64,000 bases of DNA. Origin: Chamaesiphon sp. Its GTDB lineage: Bacteria > Cyanobacteriota > Cyanobacteriia > Cyanobacteriales > Chamaesiphonaceae. A program made the position numbers and the translations under genes. The notes under the pieces are model-generated. The model was not told the origin of the DNA, ran no database searches, and saw only the letters and a list, made by a program, of their open reading frames with translations. Every line of letters starts with the position of its first letter. Positions within the stretch are counted from its first letter, which is position 1. The stretch covers positions 32,001 to 96,000 of the forward strand of contig CBDFFH010000036.1 of NCBI GenBank assembly GCA_965246715.1, given 5' to 3'. Positions 45,217 through 55,844 of the stretch are shown piece by piece.

Positions 45217-46310
45217 CATCAAATGCCATCACACTATAAACTAAGGTTAATAGCAAGAACCAAGCATCAAATCTGGAACCATTAAGTTGAGTCAGCTCAA
45301 GATTAAATCCAGATAATTTAAAATCACGAAACATCTCCTCTAGCTGAAATCTAGTTGCATAAATCTGAACAGCGGTATTTAAGTCTGAAAATGTTGTTAA
45401 CAGAAACCAACCTTCGTCTACTGGCATCCCCTGATGTTCTTTTGGATAGTGAACAGCGACATTAAATGGAAACTTGTGGAGAGTCTTTGAAATGTTAACT
45501 CCTCGCAAAAAGATACTGATACCTGGCACTGAAGCTAGCTGGTTAAGTGTCATTAATTCATCATTATCTAGCTGAACATATGTAGTCTTTTTAAGTCGAA
45601 GGCAGTAACCCCAACCTATCTCTAACAGCCAAGTCGCCAAGTGTTTACTACAGAATTCTCTGTCGCCTAACAGCACAAATGAATAGTCTGGTAACAAGCA
45701 GGTAATTGGATAAATTACTGATTGTTGGTCATCTAAATTACTAGACCCTAATTTATCTAATACCTGCCAATTAATTGGAATTGCTCTACCCTGAATTATC
45801 CAGCTTACTACTAATAAATTATACTTTCGCCAGCTTGTCCTATCGATTGCTAAAACTATTGCTTCCTTTCTCTTCCAATATCCTGTCATTAATTCTATCC
45901 AAATTCCCCACCATATCTTCTCTTTGCACAATCTGGGACTGTTCAAGAATCTCTGTAATGTTTTGAGTCTACTCGCTGCTAAAATTGGTAGCGGTAAATT
46001 ATTTGCTAGATGTCCTAATGTGGCTTTAGCTAATAATCCTACTATTCTCATCAGGATTTCTATCAGCACCAGCTCCGCTGGATTCAATGCGTGGCGGGTC
46101 ACCCGCCACGCTGTTAATTTGAACCACTTTTGATATAATTCGGGATACATTAATTTGTTTTATGCTCTCACTTTTTGAGCATATTTTTATTATTATCTCA
46201 TACTCTTTATACTTCAAGAGTAACTCGCCTTGACATCCCTTCAATGTTCATCTAACTGTGCAAAATCCAGTGTGGGAAAACGTTACAGGGGTGCTTGTCA
46301 CCCCTTCAGG

Positions 46311-46996
46311 TCACTGGCTACGATTTGAATAGCGATGCGGTGGAGAAGTTTACTAGTTCTGGTACGTTTGTCTATACTTTTCCGCTGGCTAATTTCACCT
46401 TATCGAGGGGAATCGCTCTCGATGGTGGGGATAATTTTTACCTCAATGGCCATAACTCGAATAATGACTATCTGGTGAAGAAGTTTACGGATACTGGGAT
46501 GTTGGCAACTGCTTTTTTAACGCCAGATTTTAGTGCTACTGAGGGAATCGCGATCGCGGCTGATGGGAGTATTTATCTAGCTGGCTACGATAATAATCTG
46601 TTCGGTTATGGCGTTCAAAAATTTGCGGCTAATGGTAGTTCGCTCGGTGCGTTTTTAACACCGGATTTTAGTCCGAGTGGCGGATTGGCATTGGATGGTA
46701 GTGGAAGTATCTATCTAACTGGTAGCAATGCAAATTCGGTGTACGGGGTGAAGAAGTTTAGTGCTGTGGGTGGGTTGGAAGATGCTTATTTCGATAGCAG
46801 TGCTTTCTTTAATGGGGTAGCGGTTCGGAATAATAGTGTTTATCTGACTGATGGTAGTGCCAATCGGTTGGTGGTGTTGGCTAGCTCGACGGCGGTACCG
46901 GAACCGAGTGGTTTCGTCGGTACGTTAGTTGCTGGCGGTTGCGTTTTAGTCTGTGTGCGGCTGCGTCGGGGTAGGGGTAAGGAGTTGCGGGAGTAG
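46311..46996 (+). pseudogene. PEP-CTERM beta-propeller protein, 5'-truncated
   Basis: NHL-like repeats; C-terminal VPEP, TM segment and basic tail; start removed by the IS4. Confidence 0.8.
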
Positions 46997-47719
46997 ATCG
47001 ATGTCAACCCTGCGGTAAGCCAGTAGATTCCGCACAGTCTTGGTATCACCGTCGCGGAGATCGAAGACTCGAAGCTTGTGTGTCGTCTAACGACGATCGC
47101 TAAACTCGTTCGAGATAAGTAGATGTTGAATCCGATCGATCGCCTGTTTGACCTCACTCGAACCACCCCTGTTGGTCACACAATTCTCGGATCGTTGGCG
47201 AAGCCTCTCCCCTGGAGAATCGATATCGCCCGTTCGCGTAGCGTTCCCTTTGGGAAATCGCAAGCAGCTAGGGCACTGGGATAATTTTCCAGTTGGGATT
47301 GACGATTGCCGATGGCGATGTAGCAATCTGGGCTGACGGTGGGAGGGAATCGATTACCTCCGGTAGGCTACACCAACGAATTTATCCGGCATGAAAGATT
47401 GAGGGAGAATTTAGAGGTACGAGGTCATTCTCAATTGTTGAGCTTAACCCAATCTCGCTATCTCGATCGACCGACCGAGCGCAAAGACGCTGCCAAAGCT
47501 CATCGCTGTTGTTGCCGCTTGGCTAAAGACTTAATCGCTCGTTCGCGTAGCGTCCCCTTTGGGGAATCGGGCGACTTCTCACTCTGCTCCAACCATTGAG
47601 CGATCGCTTCTTCCACAATCGTCTCTTTGACGTTTAATTCGGGTAAAGATACTCTTGATTTGAAAAAAATATGGTGTTTATTCTTCCTATGCTTGTACAA
47701 CCAGATATTTAAAAAGCAT

Positions 47720-47935
47720 TTAATTATACTCTCCAGGAAGAACGGTTTTTGTAACAGTAACTCCGCCAAATTTCTTTCCTGACATTCTCAGTAATTCATC
47801 ACCTGAAAATTCAAAGCCAAGCTTTAGTGCTATCTGTGCAACCTCATCTGCGGTTGATGCTGTGAGCACTTCGTTTTTAAGTGCAGGTTCAGACTGCATT
47901 TTCTTTAAAAACGCCTCAAGTCGATCTAAAGCCAT
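47720..47935 (-). CDS. Nif11-like leader peptide family protein
   Basis: LEAFLKKMQSEPALK..IALKLGFEFSGDEL. Confidence 0.75.
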   Translation of the reverse strand: MALDRLEAFLKKMQSEPALKNEVLTASTADEVAQIALKLGFEFSGDELLRMSGKKFGGVTVTKTVLPGEYN

Positions 47936-48225
47936 ATTTAAAATTCCTATTTTTTGTTAGCCGCTTATATTAAACAAGGAAACCATTACATACTTCAAGC
48001 AAATCCTATCATTCTTTTAAGATATAGGCAATGAGTGGGACTCCTAATTATAAAATCCTTTGTTGAGGGGAGAAACGCAAAATTTGACTTTTCAAACATC
48101 CTCTAAGCTTATATCTTTATCTCGATCGTCTGAATAACGATTGCCGATGGCGATGTAGCAATCTGGGCTAATGGTGGGAAGACGGCGATTACCTGCGACG
48201 AAGCGCGGCTACGCCAACGAATTTG

Positions 48226-49793
48226 GTAGAAGTTCACAGGGCTAAGGCAGAAGAGAAGGTGGAACTGCACCAGAACGAGCAGCAGAGATAGATTCAATCA
48301 AAAAATCAAGAATATTCCGCTCTTGCAACGGAAGGGAAGACACAACAGTGAGCAAACGAGATACAAACTCACTGCCAGCCAAAGAATCTGAGCAAAAGCT
48401 AGTCCGCCGCCAAATTACAGCAGGACGAATTGCTCTTTCAGCCGCATTATTAGTCGGCTCTACGCCCTCTTCACGCACAAATAACCATAAAGAATCGAAC
48501 AGCTTCAATAGATTACGGCACGTCCGCACAGTTTTAGCTAATGGGGTCTTTTCACGTTCACCAATTTGGAGTGCGGCTGCTTCCATCAGAATGCTGGAAA
48601 GTTGAGCTTGAATCGGTTCGACCGCTTGAGCTAACTCTATTCGAGTGAGTTGTTCATTTCTGAATTGATGCCAAAGATTGAAAAGTAGCTGTTCTTGAGC
48701 TAGTAGCGATTCACCAATCTCGGCACTTGCGCCAACTCGTTCCGAGATTTGGATAAAGTCCCGTTTAAGATGTGCCCAGCAGATTTGTCTGTTGGCTACG
48801 TCCACCCAGTTATAAGCAGGGCAACGGTCGCTGGTGATAAATCCAGCAAAGGCGGCTCCTAAGACAGTTTGAGCCGCAGTACTCCCTCGACTTAAAATCA
48901 TCTGAAAGCAAATTATTAATGGCGTTACCGCCACCCACAACCAGCCACTGGTCTTCGCGGCATTTTGACCATCTCCATTCCGCTGCTTAAAACCAGTCTC
49001 ATCTACTCCTACTGTCGGTTGCTGTTGAACGTAACCTTGTGTTTCTGTCACCGCTGCACTAACAGCTTCACTTACTTCTGTGCGTAGGTTATTTATTGTC
49101 CCTAATGACATCTCAATCCCAAACACCGCCTGCATGATTTTCTGGATCTGGTGATAGGATTGTCGGTACTGACTACTAAACAAGCCCACGTAAGCTGCTA
49201 CCCCTGCGCCATATCCGCCTGTGGCAATAATTTGGGTCATTTCTGGTGCTTGATTTGCCGTGCCACAACAAGTGCACGTCATCTGATGAAATCGATGCTC
49301 GATAACAATTGGTTGTACTGGCGGGACTTCTACTACTTGATGTCGATATATTTGAGTCCGCAAACTGTCATTAACGGACGCTCCACATTTCCCACATTGC
49401 TGTGGGTAGTAGTCGATTACCTCAAGACACATTTCGAGTGGATACAGTTTTCGCTCGTGCCCAATATGCCCGATTTGCCCACCGCGTTTTTTACCCGTGG
49501 GTTCCTTTCGATTTGGTTTAAACCCTTGGGGATTCTTTGATGGTGGTTGTGATGAATTAGCTGATGTTCTTGCTAGTTGTTCCTTGAGCAACTCATTTTC
49601 TGTTCGCAGTGCTGCCACTTCTTGCTCAATCCGATCCATCCGCCGCACTAATTCTTCGATTAGTTTAAGAACGCTTACTGGTACTTGTGCCCACTCTTCT
49701 GGGCTGATTGCCGCTATTAGTTCTGGCACTGTCTTTTCCATGTGCCTTACCCTATCAGATTTCTCGGCTTTTTGCTACCCCCTGAACTTCTAC
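48226..49793 (-). mobile_element. IS66-family insertion sequence
   Basis: IRs GTAGAAGTTCA / TGAACTTCTAC; 8-bp TSD CGAATTTG. Confidence 0.92.
48242..49741 (-). CDS. IS66-family transposase
   Basis: NSSQPPS, VDETG, QICWAHLKRDF, PTNNAAERAIR. Confidence 0.95.
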   Translation of the reverse strand: MEKTVPELIAAISPEEWAQVPVSVLKLIEELVRRMDRIEQEVAALRTENELLKEQLARTSANSSQPPSKNPQGFKPNRKEPTGKKRGGQIGHIGHERKLYPLEMCLEVIDYYPQQCGKCGASVNDSLRTQIYRHQVVEVPPVQPIVIEHRFHQMTCTCCGTANQAPEMTQIIATGGYGAGVAAYVGLFSSQYRQSYHQIQKIMQAVFGIEMSLGTINNLRTEVSEAVSAAVTETQGYVQQQPTVGVDETGFKQRNGDGQNAAKTSGWLWVAVTPLIICFQMILSRGSTAAQTVLGAAFAGFITSDRCPAYNWVDVANRQICWAHLKRDFIQISERVGASAEIGESLLAQEQLLFNLWHQFRNEQLTRIELAQAVEPIQAQLSSILMEAAALQIGEREKTPLAKTVRTCRNLLKLFDSLWLFVREEGVEPTNNAAERAIRPAVIWRRTSFCSDSLAGSEFVSRLLTVVSSLPLQERNILDFLIESISAARSGAVPPSLLP

Positions 49794-49864
49794 CGAATTT
49801 GTCTGGCATTAGAGGTCGGGGTATGTGGGAAGATCGATCTTGCGATCGCGTTTCATTTCTAATT

Positions 49865-49950
49865 TACATCAGTATTTGCTTGCTGACTTACATCAGCAAG
49901 CAAATACTGATGTAAGTACTGACCTAATTACTGATAAATACATTGAAAGT
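49865..49950. promoter_or_regulatory. palindromic/iterated TACTGAT-type sites, putative partition (centromere-like) region
   Basis: TACATCAGTATTTGCTTGCTGA..TCAGCAAGCAAATACTGATGTA just upstream of a parA remnant. Confidence 0.5.
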
Positions 49951-50033
49951 AAGTATTTACTGAGATTTCGATCGCATTCCGCACTAGAATAAGCTCAACT
50001 TCATCTATTCGGTGCTGCTGGCATCTACAACTT

Positions 50034-50562
50034 ATGCCCGTAATTGGAATTTGTAACCAGAAGGGCGGTAGCGGTAAAAGCTCCACCGCCGCACACTACT
50101 GAAGTGAATGATGATTTGCTTGCTGATATACTGGCTGATGTAGATAACAAAAATATAGTCGCAGAAACAAGCACTGAAACAAGTAATGATTTACTTACTG
50201 ATATGAGTACTAAAATAACTACTGATGTCAGCACTGAAGCAGATCGGACTAAACAGAGCGACAATCCGTGCCCACAGCAGCAAACAAAAGCTAAAAGTAA
50301 CAATCACAAGCCAGAGAAAACAAAGCAAAAAGGAGGATCGACAGCGACTAAAGCTGAAGAATCGAGTCTGAGCGTTGATGTAATTGAGGCGTTCAAGAGA
50401 AACCAGAAAGAAGCGACAACTCGCTTTACCGTCGATTTGCCCCAATCTCAACATCAGCAGTTCGCGATCGTGTCCAAGAAGCTCAATACTAATATGAGCA
50501 ACTTAGCACGAGTATTAATCGAGAAATTTTTGACCGAGATCGAGCGCGATGGACTACTGTAA
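50034..50562 (+). pseudogene. deleted parA N-terminus fused to a ribbon-helix-helix partner gene
   Basis: MPVIGICNQKGGSGKSST (Walker A) at 50034-50102; the other frame ends TRFTVDLP..H..F....NMSNLARVLI. Confidence 0.7.
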
Positions 50563-50611
50563 TTAATAGTTAATAGTTAATAATTAATAGTTGTTAATTA
50601 TTAACTATTAA

Positions 50612-52363
50612 CTAAAAAGCTGCCTTCAAATAATCTGCCAGCCGATAGCCAGCTAACACGAGCCGTCTTTGAGCGATCGTCTTGGCTGTATCTGCATATC
50701 CATCTGGTAAAACCTTCCCGTCGGTCTTAGTAAGTACCTAGACGAAAATAATTACACAAATAAGTGATAGAATATAATCAATTTTTGAAATTAGATACTC
50801 ACTGATAGTCTCAATGCTTTTTCTTCGAGAAATCAACCCACTCTCTTTTAATCTCTTGGAGCGAATTTATCGCCAGAGTAGACATCATCAGGTACGGCAA
50901 AGAGCACACTTTTTAATTTTAGCTTCGCAGCAAACTAAAGTCAATCAGTTGATGGACATATTTGATATTAGTTATAAAACGGTTTATAACTGGATAAATC
51001 GATGGGAGTCGGAAGGAATGGTCGGGCTATATAATCAACCAGGCAGAGGCAGGAAAAAGACATTTAATTCTGAGCAATCAAAAAAAATTAAAGACTGGGC
51101 AAAGCAGGAGCCAAGACAGTTGAAACAAGTGGTACAAAAAGTCAAAGCGGAATGGGATATTGACATTAGTACTAAAACCATCAAGAGAATACTTAAATCA
51201 TTGTCAATGAGTTGGCATCGGATGCGCCGAGGTGTTAGGGGAGAGCCAGATCCAGCGGAATACATCCAAAAGCAAGCAGAGCTAGCCAAATTAAAACAAT
51301 TAGAAGATGCTGGAGAAATTAATTTGTATTATTTAGATGAAACTGGTTTTTGCTTGATTCCTGTGGTACCTTATGGCTGGCAAAATATTGGTGAATATTT
51401 ATCAATAGATAGTAGTCGGAGTAAGCGATTAAACGTTTTAGGAATTATCAGCCGAAAGAATCATCTTGAAGCCTATATCTCAACTCAAACTATTAACTCT
51501 GACGTGATTGCTACCTGTATAGATACTTTTTTCCCAGTAGCTACTTACCACTTTGGAGATTTTCATATACCTGTGGGGCGAGTTTATAGCTCTCTACCTT
51601 GCCCCACTTCTCAAAAGATGTTTCAATAAGTTCGGGTAAATTCCCACGCTGATATTCAGCATTCTGACGCAGTAAGATCGCCTGATTGCGTACCGACTGA
51701 AAGCGATTACCTCCGGTAGGCTACGCCAACGGAACCCAAAATCAGATCGTCCCAGTATTTATGTAGGCTAATCGTGCTGCTGCCCTCCTTGGCGCGGATG
51801 TAGAAGCGAGTACCGCCTCGATCGCCTTCGGGGAGGGGGAATTGATTCGAGACGGATTTGGTGGTGTGGAGGGGTTGGTGGATATCGCCCACGAGGTGAA
51901 AGATCCACGTCAGCGCGATCGCTTTTGTGGGTGTAGTGCCAGGAGCAGCTAATAGAGTGCGGTTCTGCTGTAAGGCGGTGAGAATATTTTCCTCACCAGT
52001 GGGACTAGCGGGGATGGTAGTGGCGGTAGAACCGAGTTTGAAGGGGAAGTTCACATAATGCCAAGTGGGGCGATCTTCGGTGGTTTGGCGAGCATCGTCA
52101 GCCCACCGCGTCGCCAGCATGAATAGATAGAGATCGCGATCGCCTTGGGGAACGGTACTAATTTGGCTTTGCCACTTACTAACGTAGTCAGGATGTTTTT
52201 TGAGAAGGGCGATAACTCTAGGTACGGATTGGGGGGATTTTGCTTGCAATTCGGTATAGGCGATCGCCCCAGAAACCATGTGTCCGGCTTTGTTCCAAGC
52301 CAGGGCAGGGGTGCAGATGGAGATTGAAGCAAGGAGAGTCGATAGGGCGATGAATTTGTTCAT
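50612..52363 (-). pseudogene. secreted S1/P1 nuclease, disrupted twice
   Basis: W..GH, WADD, WHYVN, HLVGDIHQPLH, LHKYWD; C-terminal QRRLVLAGYRLA lies beyond a 22-nt insert and an IS630. Confidence 0.88.
50733..51545 (+). mobile_element. IS630-family element, internally deleted
   Basis: TA duplication; HTH plus YLDETGF; C-terminal DDE part lost. Confidence 0.85.
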
Positions 52364-52599
52364 AAGTGTAGTGTCGTTAAGTAACGATTCTCCAAGGGGA
52401 CGCTTCGCGATCGGGATATGCGGGGGGAAATAGATAAGAAATTAATTAAATGGACGATTTAATTAGGTCGCTCGTTCGCGCAGCGTCTCCTTTGGGGAAT
52501 CTCTAGTTCGATGAAATCGAGTAGTGAAGACTGGACTAAAGAGATCGCCTCCTGGTATGCGTCAGCTTCCATATCTTCGATCTCAAATGCCCAATCGCT

Positions 52600-52880
52600 T
52601 GGAGGGTGACAGCACCGCTGTTACCAAGAAACCCAGCTATTTACAGCCTCCAAACCTTGGTAAAAATTTAGTCGATGCTGTGATCTATGTAGCATAAGCA
52701 ATCCCACAGAATGGGACATTAGATCGATCATCATTAACCAATCAGAGGCATAGTTACCTAACCAAAATCGGCTAGTATCCGAGGTATCACCTCGAAGCTT
52801 TTTATCTCTACCAATATATTTAGAAGTAGCAGTAGAACGGTATTTATTTCCTTGCAAACATGATTGTGTATAAGCAATTT
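52600..52880 (-). pseudogene. IS4-family transposase 3' fragment
   Basis: KYIGR..S.FWLG.Y..FYQG motif followed by a GGGTGACAGCACC-like end. Confidence 0.55.
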
Positions 52881-52912
52881 GAGTCCACAATTGCACGGTG
52901 GTGCAGGTATCT

Positions 52913-53832
52913 GATACTGTTGGCGAATTCAAAAAGCGATCGAGCGGGTGGGCAGACGATCGCTCTACCAAATGGACTGGTTACAAAGTCCATCTAACCG
53001 AAACTTGTGAGGAAGATTTACCACATTTAATTACTCACGTCGAAACTACTGTGGCGACAACGCAAGATTCTACAGTCTTGTCATCTATTCATCAAGCTCT
53101 AGCCGAACGAGAAATTTTACCAGAACATCATTTAGTCGATATGGGCTATACTTCGACACAGTTAATTGTCAGTAGCCAACAAGAATATGACATCGATTTG
53201 GTTGGCCCAGTTGCTCTAAATGCTCAATGGCAGGCTAAAGAAGAAGCAGGATTCGATTTGTTTAGCTTTCAAGTTAATTGGAAACGAAAAGTGGTTTATT
53301 GCCCACAAGGTAAACGTAGTCGGCTCTGGAAAAATAGTCATGATGCTTATGGCAAACCAACAATCCATGTTGAATTTAGTAAAAGTGACTGTTCGGCTTG
53401 TCCGGTGCGTAGTCAATGCACTCGTGCTCCTGTCAATCCGCGTGGTTTAACTTTGATGATTCAAGCAGATTATGAGGCTTTAGCTAATGCTCGTGCCAGA
53501 CAAAAAACGGCAGAATTCAAGCAAGAATATTCTTTGCGATCGGGAATTGAAGGGACTATCTCTCAAGGCATTCGTGGTTTTAATTTACGCAAGTGTCGTT
53601 ATATTGGATTAGAAAAAACTCGTCTTCAACATACTTTGACCGCAGCAGCGATGAATCTAGAGCGGATTTATGCTTGGCTCGAAGAGATTACTCTAGCTCA
53701 AACTCGCCGTTCTCATTTTGAAAAAATGGCACATCGGAAGCTGGCGACCTGCTAAGCCAGCGTTTCGCCATCGCCAGAACCGTTGGCGTAGCCTACCGTA
53801 GGTAATCGCTTTTTGAATTCGCCAACAGTATC
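52913..53832 (+). mobile_element. IS1182-like element, internally deleted (C-terminal transposase 52960-53755)
   Basis: 28-bp IRs GATACTGTTGGCGAATTCAAAAAGCGAT; 7-bp TSD GGTATCT; WTGYKVHLTETC, RSGIEGTISQG. Confidence 0.85.
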
Positions 53833-53986
53833 GGTATCTTGCCATGATGCTAGTGGCAAACTAGGCAATAGGATTGTATCTGGGCGATTGCTAACTGAAA
53901 TGACCATATCAATAATTCCTCGCGGATGAGTTGGCGTGGGTGACTTTGTTTAGCTGTTGAATGGTTTGAAAGACTGTTGGATGATG

Positions 53987-54250
53987 TTAGTAGAGGAATA
54001 TATGGTCAACGTAGCACCACTTCCAGTCTTCTCCTGGCTCAACCGATCGAATGATGGGATGTTTGGTAGTGTGAAAGTGTTGTGTCGCGTGCTTATTCTG
54101 AGAATCATCACAACAACCGACGTGTCCACAGGTCAGGCACTCGCGCAGATGCACCCAAGTATCACCCATTGCTAGACATTCTTCACAGCCATTGATGCTG
54201 CTAGGTGTCACTTGACGAATTTGGTCGAGATGAGTACAGGATTTACTCAT
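53987..54250 (-). CDS. UBP-type zinc finger protein
   Basis: C.EC..WVHLR.C..CGHVGCCD.S..KHA..H. Confidence 0.9.
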   Translation of the reverse strand: MSKSCTHLDQIRQVTPSSINGCEECLAMGDTWVHLRECLTCGHVGCCDDSQNKHATQHFHTTKHPIIRSVEPGEDWKWCYVDHIFLY

Positions 54251-54452
54251 AAAACTTACTCCAAATAATTTCTAGCCGTCCCTATCTGTAGCGACCCACA
54301 ATACTAATCACTCCAGACCACAATCATCGCAATTTTGAGACCACATTAGCTGCAACTATCCGGTCACTTGAGACCGAATTAAGTGCAACTGAGACCACAT
54401 TATTTGCAACCAGCCCACAATACTAATTTTGAGACCACATTAAATGCAACTA

Positions 54453-55682
54453 CTCACATCTTGCACCAGTACATAACAACTGATTTTCGCAGGAGTCAAA
54501 ATATGAGAAAAAGGGCGTGTAAAAACATTGATGAGAACAGTGAATACCATTCTCCCGTACGCCCAATTAATACTCTACACGTTGTTAGAGCTGATGCCCA
54601 GTCCCTATCAGAAACTTAGTCTCCAAGCTAGTTTCGCTCTATTTATGGAACCTAAGAATGGTCAAATGTTACCAGAACATGGGGTGATTAAATCACCTGC
54701 GGCTTTGAGCAGATTTTTCAATGAATATGGGTGGCCAACCAGAGCCGTGATTCGTACGACTCGCCAACATATTTTGAAACAGTTGAGTAATTACACAGCC
54801 AAAGGACAAAGACCTTACTTGCAGGTAATTATCGATCTGACTACATTGGAGAAAAGGGGGAAATTCAAAGCATTTGCAACGTTGATACATATTCTCAACG
54901 GTAAGCGAGGACTGCATTTGGTTGTACTGTACTTAGTCGTTGGACAGTGGAGAATACCTTGGGCGTTCCGTTCCTGGCGTGGTAAAGGCACAACTACTCC
55001 TGCTCAATTGGGGCTAAAATTGCTCCGCACCTTGCCCAAGAAACTCACTTACCGCTTTCGAGTCCAAGTATTGGCCGATACTGGATTTAGTAGTGTCGAA
55101 TTCCTCAACGGGGTCAAAAAACTTCGTCATCAAGCAATTGTTGGTATACCGAATAACCGGAAACTGGCAGATGGGAGACAGATGAAGATGCTAGGCAAGA
55201 AGGGTCAACAAGTTAAGCTATCAGGTTTAGAGGGCGTGGTTACGGCTTCCTGGTTCTACTTAAAACGGGATGGTAAGTTGGAGAAAAGATTTGTGATTTC
55301 GACCCGCGCTCTTAAAGGCAGTACGATTGCTTGGTGGGGCAGTCGTCGATGGGCAATTGAAGGATTTTTCAAGACTGCTAAATATCGATTTGGGCTGGCT
55401 AGCTTCGGTCAACAAACACTTTTAGGTGTATACCGTTGGCTGCTTCTGAGCTTTATTAGTTTTGTACTCACCCACTGGGTCTATTTATCCTCAAACGTAA
55501 GCCTTCCGCCTGAGTGGAGACAGGAATCTGAGCTGGCACTTCAACAGTTAATGCCACAGATCGCAGTGAGTTTACTTTTAGTAGAAATCGATCGGAAGCG
55601 AGACTTTCTGCTCTCGCAGGGTCTTGCCTTGGAATTAGTCTCGATCTAAATCTAGTACTTATATTCTGGTGCAAGATGTGAG
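54453..55682 (+). mobile_element. IS701-like insertion sequence
   Basis: IRs CTCACATCTTGCACCA / TGGTGCAAGATGTGAG; 4-bp TSD ACTA. Confidence 0.85.
54528..55649 (+). CDS. DDE transposase (IS701/IS4-like)
   Basis: IIDLTTLEK, LADTGF, RRWAIEGFFKTAK. Confidence 0.9.
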   Translation: MMRTVNTILPYAQLILYTLLELMPSPYQKLSLQASFALFMEPKNGQMLPEHGVIKSPAALSRFFNEYGWPTRAVIRTTRQHILKQLSNYTAKGQRPYLQVIIDLTTLEKRGKFKAFATLIHILNGKRGLHLVVLYLVVGQWRIPWAFRSWRGKGTTTPAQLGLKLLRTLPKKLTYRFRVQVLADTGFSSVEFLNGVKKLRHQAIVGIPNNRKLADGRQMKMLGKKGQQVKLSGLEGVVTASWFYLKRDGKLEKRFVISTRALKGSTIAWWGSRRWAIEGFFKTAKYRFGLASFGQQTLLGVYRWLLLSFISFVLTHWVYLSSNVSLPPEWRQESELALQQLMPQIAVSLLLVEIDRKRDFLLSQGLALELVSI

Positions 55683-55844
55683 ACTATAAATTGGGGCTGA
55701 TGGAGTAAAGAAAACGGGTCTTTAACGAATGATGGCAACTATCGAACCTTAAAGCCTAAGACTGTCATTCTATAGTCCGTTAACTCGGTTCACTAATCAA
55801 AGTTCGGTTACAATGAGTGTAGATATTTTCTGAACTACGCTTAT

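Larger units (their letters stand above)
43467..46150 (-). pseudogene. IS4-family transposase, interrupted
   Basis: AIDRT, LGDREF, Y..RFQLEEMFRDFK; frame resumes left of the ISAs1 to a stop at 43467. Confidence 0.85.
43444..46310 (-). mobile_element. IS4-family element interrupted by an ISAs1
   Basis: 23-bp IRs CCTGAAGGGGTGACAAGCACCCC; transposase 43467-46150 split in two; no TSD. Confidence 0.85.
54287..55716 (+). mobile_element. Tn7/Mu-like transposon end (interrupted by an IS at 54453-55682)
   Basis: TGTAGCGACC terminus plus four GAGACC..ATTA..TGCAAC repeats; similarity to the 24955-25128 copy resumes after the IS. Confidence 0.7.

Noticed and set aside
50563..50612. TTAATAG heptamer run
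   Set aside because: Ordinary cyanobacterial short tandem repeat between convergent genes
54337..54452. Repeats of about 21 bp that resemble a mini CRISPR array (also 24985-25080)
   Set aside because: Spacers are 0-19 nt and irregular, there are no cas genes, and the array abuts a TGT terminus; better explained as transposon-end binding sites
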